Part shown: piece by piece, positions 63,207-64,000 of the stretch
Layout: every line of letters starts with the position of its first letter
How positions within the stretch are numbered: position 1 is the stretch's first letter
NCBI GenBank assembly: GCA_043228905.1
Contig: JBHGNT010000011.1
Span: 10,974,001-11,038,000, forward strand
Source of the DNA: Azolla caroliniana
Taxonomy: Eukaryota; Plantae; Polypodiophyta
Direction: 5' to 3'
DNA: 64,000 bases
Notes under the pieces: model-generated
Database searches by the model: none
The model's input: the letters and a program-made list of their open reading frames with translations, nothing else
What the model was told of the DNA's origin: nothing
Translations under genes and position numbers: made by a program

Positions 63207-64000
63207 CGAAGTCCCGACCATGCATATTCCTTGGATACGGCGATGATGAGTTCGGTTACCGGGTGTGGGATCTGGTCGACAAGAAGGTGTTCCGAAGTCG
63301 GAACATAGTCTTCATGGAAGACAGGACCATTGCCGACTAGGAGTTGGAGAAGAAGGTGATGAACTCCGGATCATCCAATGAAAAATGGGCTTGAGGACAC
63401 AAGGACTTACCCGGTTGAAAACCGGATGACACTCCGACAAACCGGCTGGATACAGACAAGAAACCGAACCAACCGAAGAAGAAGGAGACACCAGAATCGG
63501 ACAAAGATCCCAAATCGGATTAAGATGAGGAACAAACGGAGGTTCCTCCGGTAGTCAGAAACCAAGGACAGAGATATCCTCTCCGAGAGAGAAGAGACCC
63601 TCGGAGATTTCCGGATGCAGAGCATGTGTTGCTAACCAATGAGGTGGAACCGGAAAGCTTCGAGACAGCACTCCTACATCGCGACCTCGAAGCATAAATC
63701 TACATGCATCAACCGGAAGGATTTGAGAAGAAAGGGAAGGAGCACTTGGTGTGCCAGCTGAAGAAGAGCTTATACGGACTGAAGCAAAGCCCTTTGGCAA
63801 TGGTACCGAAAGTTCGACTCCATGACAGACCAAGGGTAACACAAGACGCAGGCCGAGCACTGCGTGTTTGTGAAGAAATTTGACGGAGACCAAGGCAAGA
63901 TTCGGATGCTGAGGAAGGCTCTGAACTAGACCTTCTCAATGAAAGACTTGGGTCCGGCAAGACAGATATTGGGAATGCACATAATCTGGAACCGGTCGAA
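63207..64000 (+). pseudogene. Deleted Ty1/copia INT/RT fragment related to G
   Basis: CIFLGYGDDEFGYRVWD, QPEGFEKKGKEHLVCQLKKSLYGLKQ, MKDLGPARQILGM. Confidence 0.88.

Overview
The whole 64 kb is a nested pile of eukaryotic LTR retrotransposons. I found no host gene, true RNA gene or CRISPR array. The lineage mix (Tcn1-like chromoviruses, tRNA-Trp-primed Phygy-like and tRNA-Arg-primed non-chromovirus Ty3/gypsy elements, a Tork/Tnt1-like copia) suggests heterochromatin of a non-seed land plant such as a moss; this is inference. Nesting was reconstructed by eye from LTR termini and target-site duplications (TSDs). Gypsy A (1-~36989) contains B (2548-19248), a solo LTR (22727-23169) and chromovirus F (24131-36610). 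B holds C (3713-8004), D (8005-11551, carrying a copia solo LTR at 10707-11508) and E (15286-18147). F holds the near-intact copia G (30700-36164). Tcn1-like H (36990-63206, probably chimeric) contains a copia composite (39571-40618) and I (41494-61768). I contains J (42629-58676), which contains solo LTR K (47201-47499) and Tcn1-like L (49066-54691). A copia fragment fills 63207-64000. Most interesting signals: (1) a GGAUUUU slippery site plus covarying H-type pseudoknot placing a -1 frameshift between protease and RT in B and E; (2) antisense tRNA-like Pol III A/B-box cassettes in U3 of three dissimilar LTR families; (3) a second retropepsin fused downstream of integrase in A; (4) gag-only non-autonomous elements with long repetitive ORFs; (5) a large extra 3' ORF in J; (6) TG...TA LTR termini in family F; (7) Tf1-like self-priming in the Tcn1 copies. 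Lineage names come from motif recall, not database searches.
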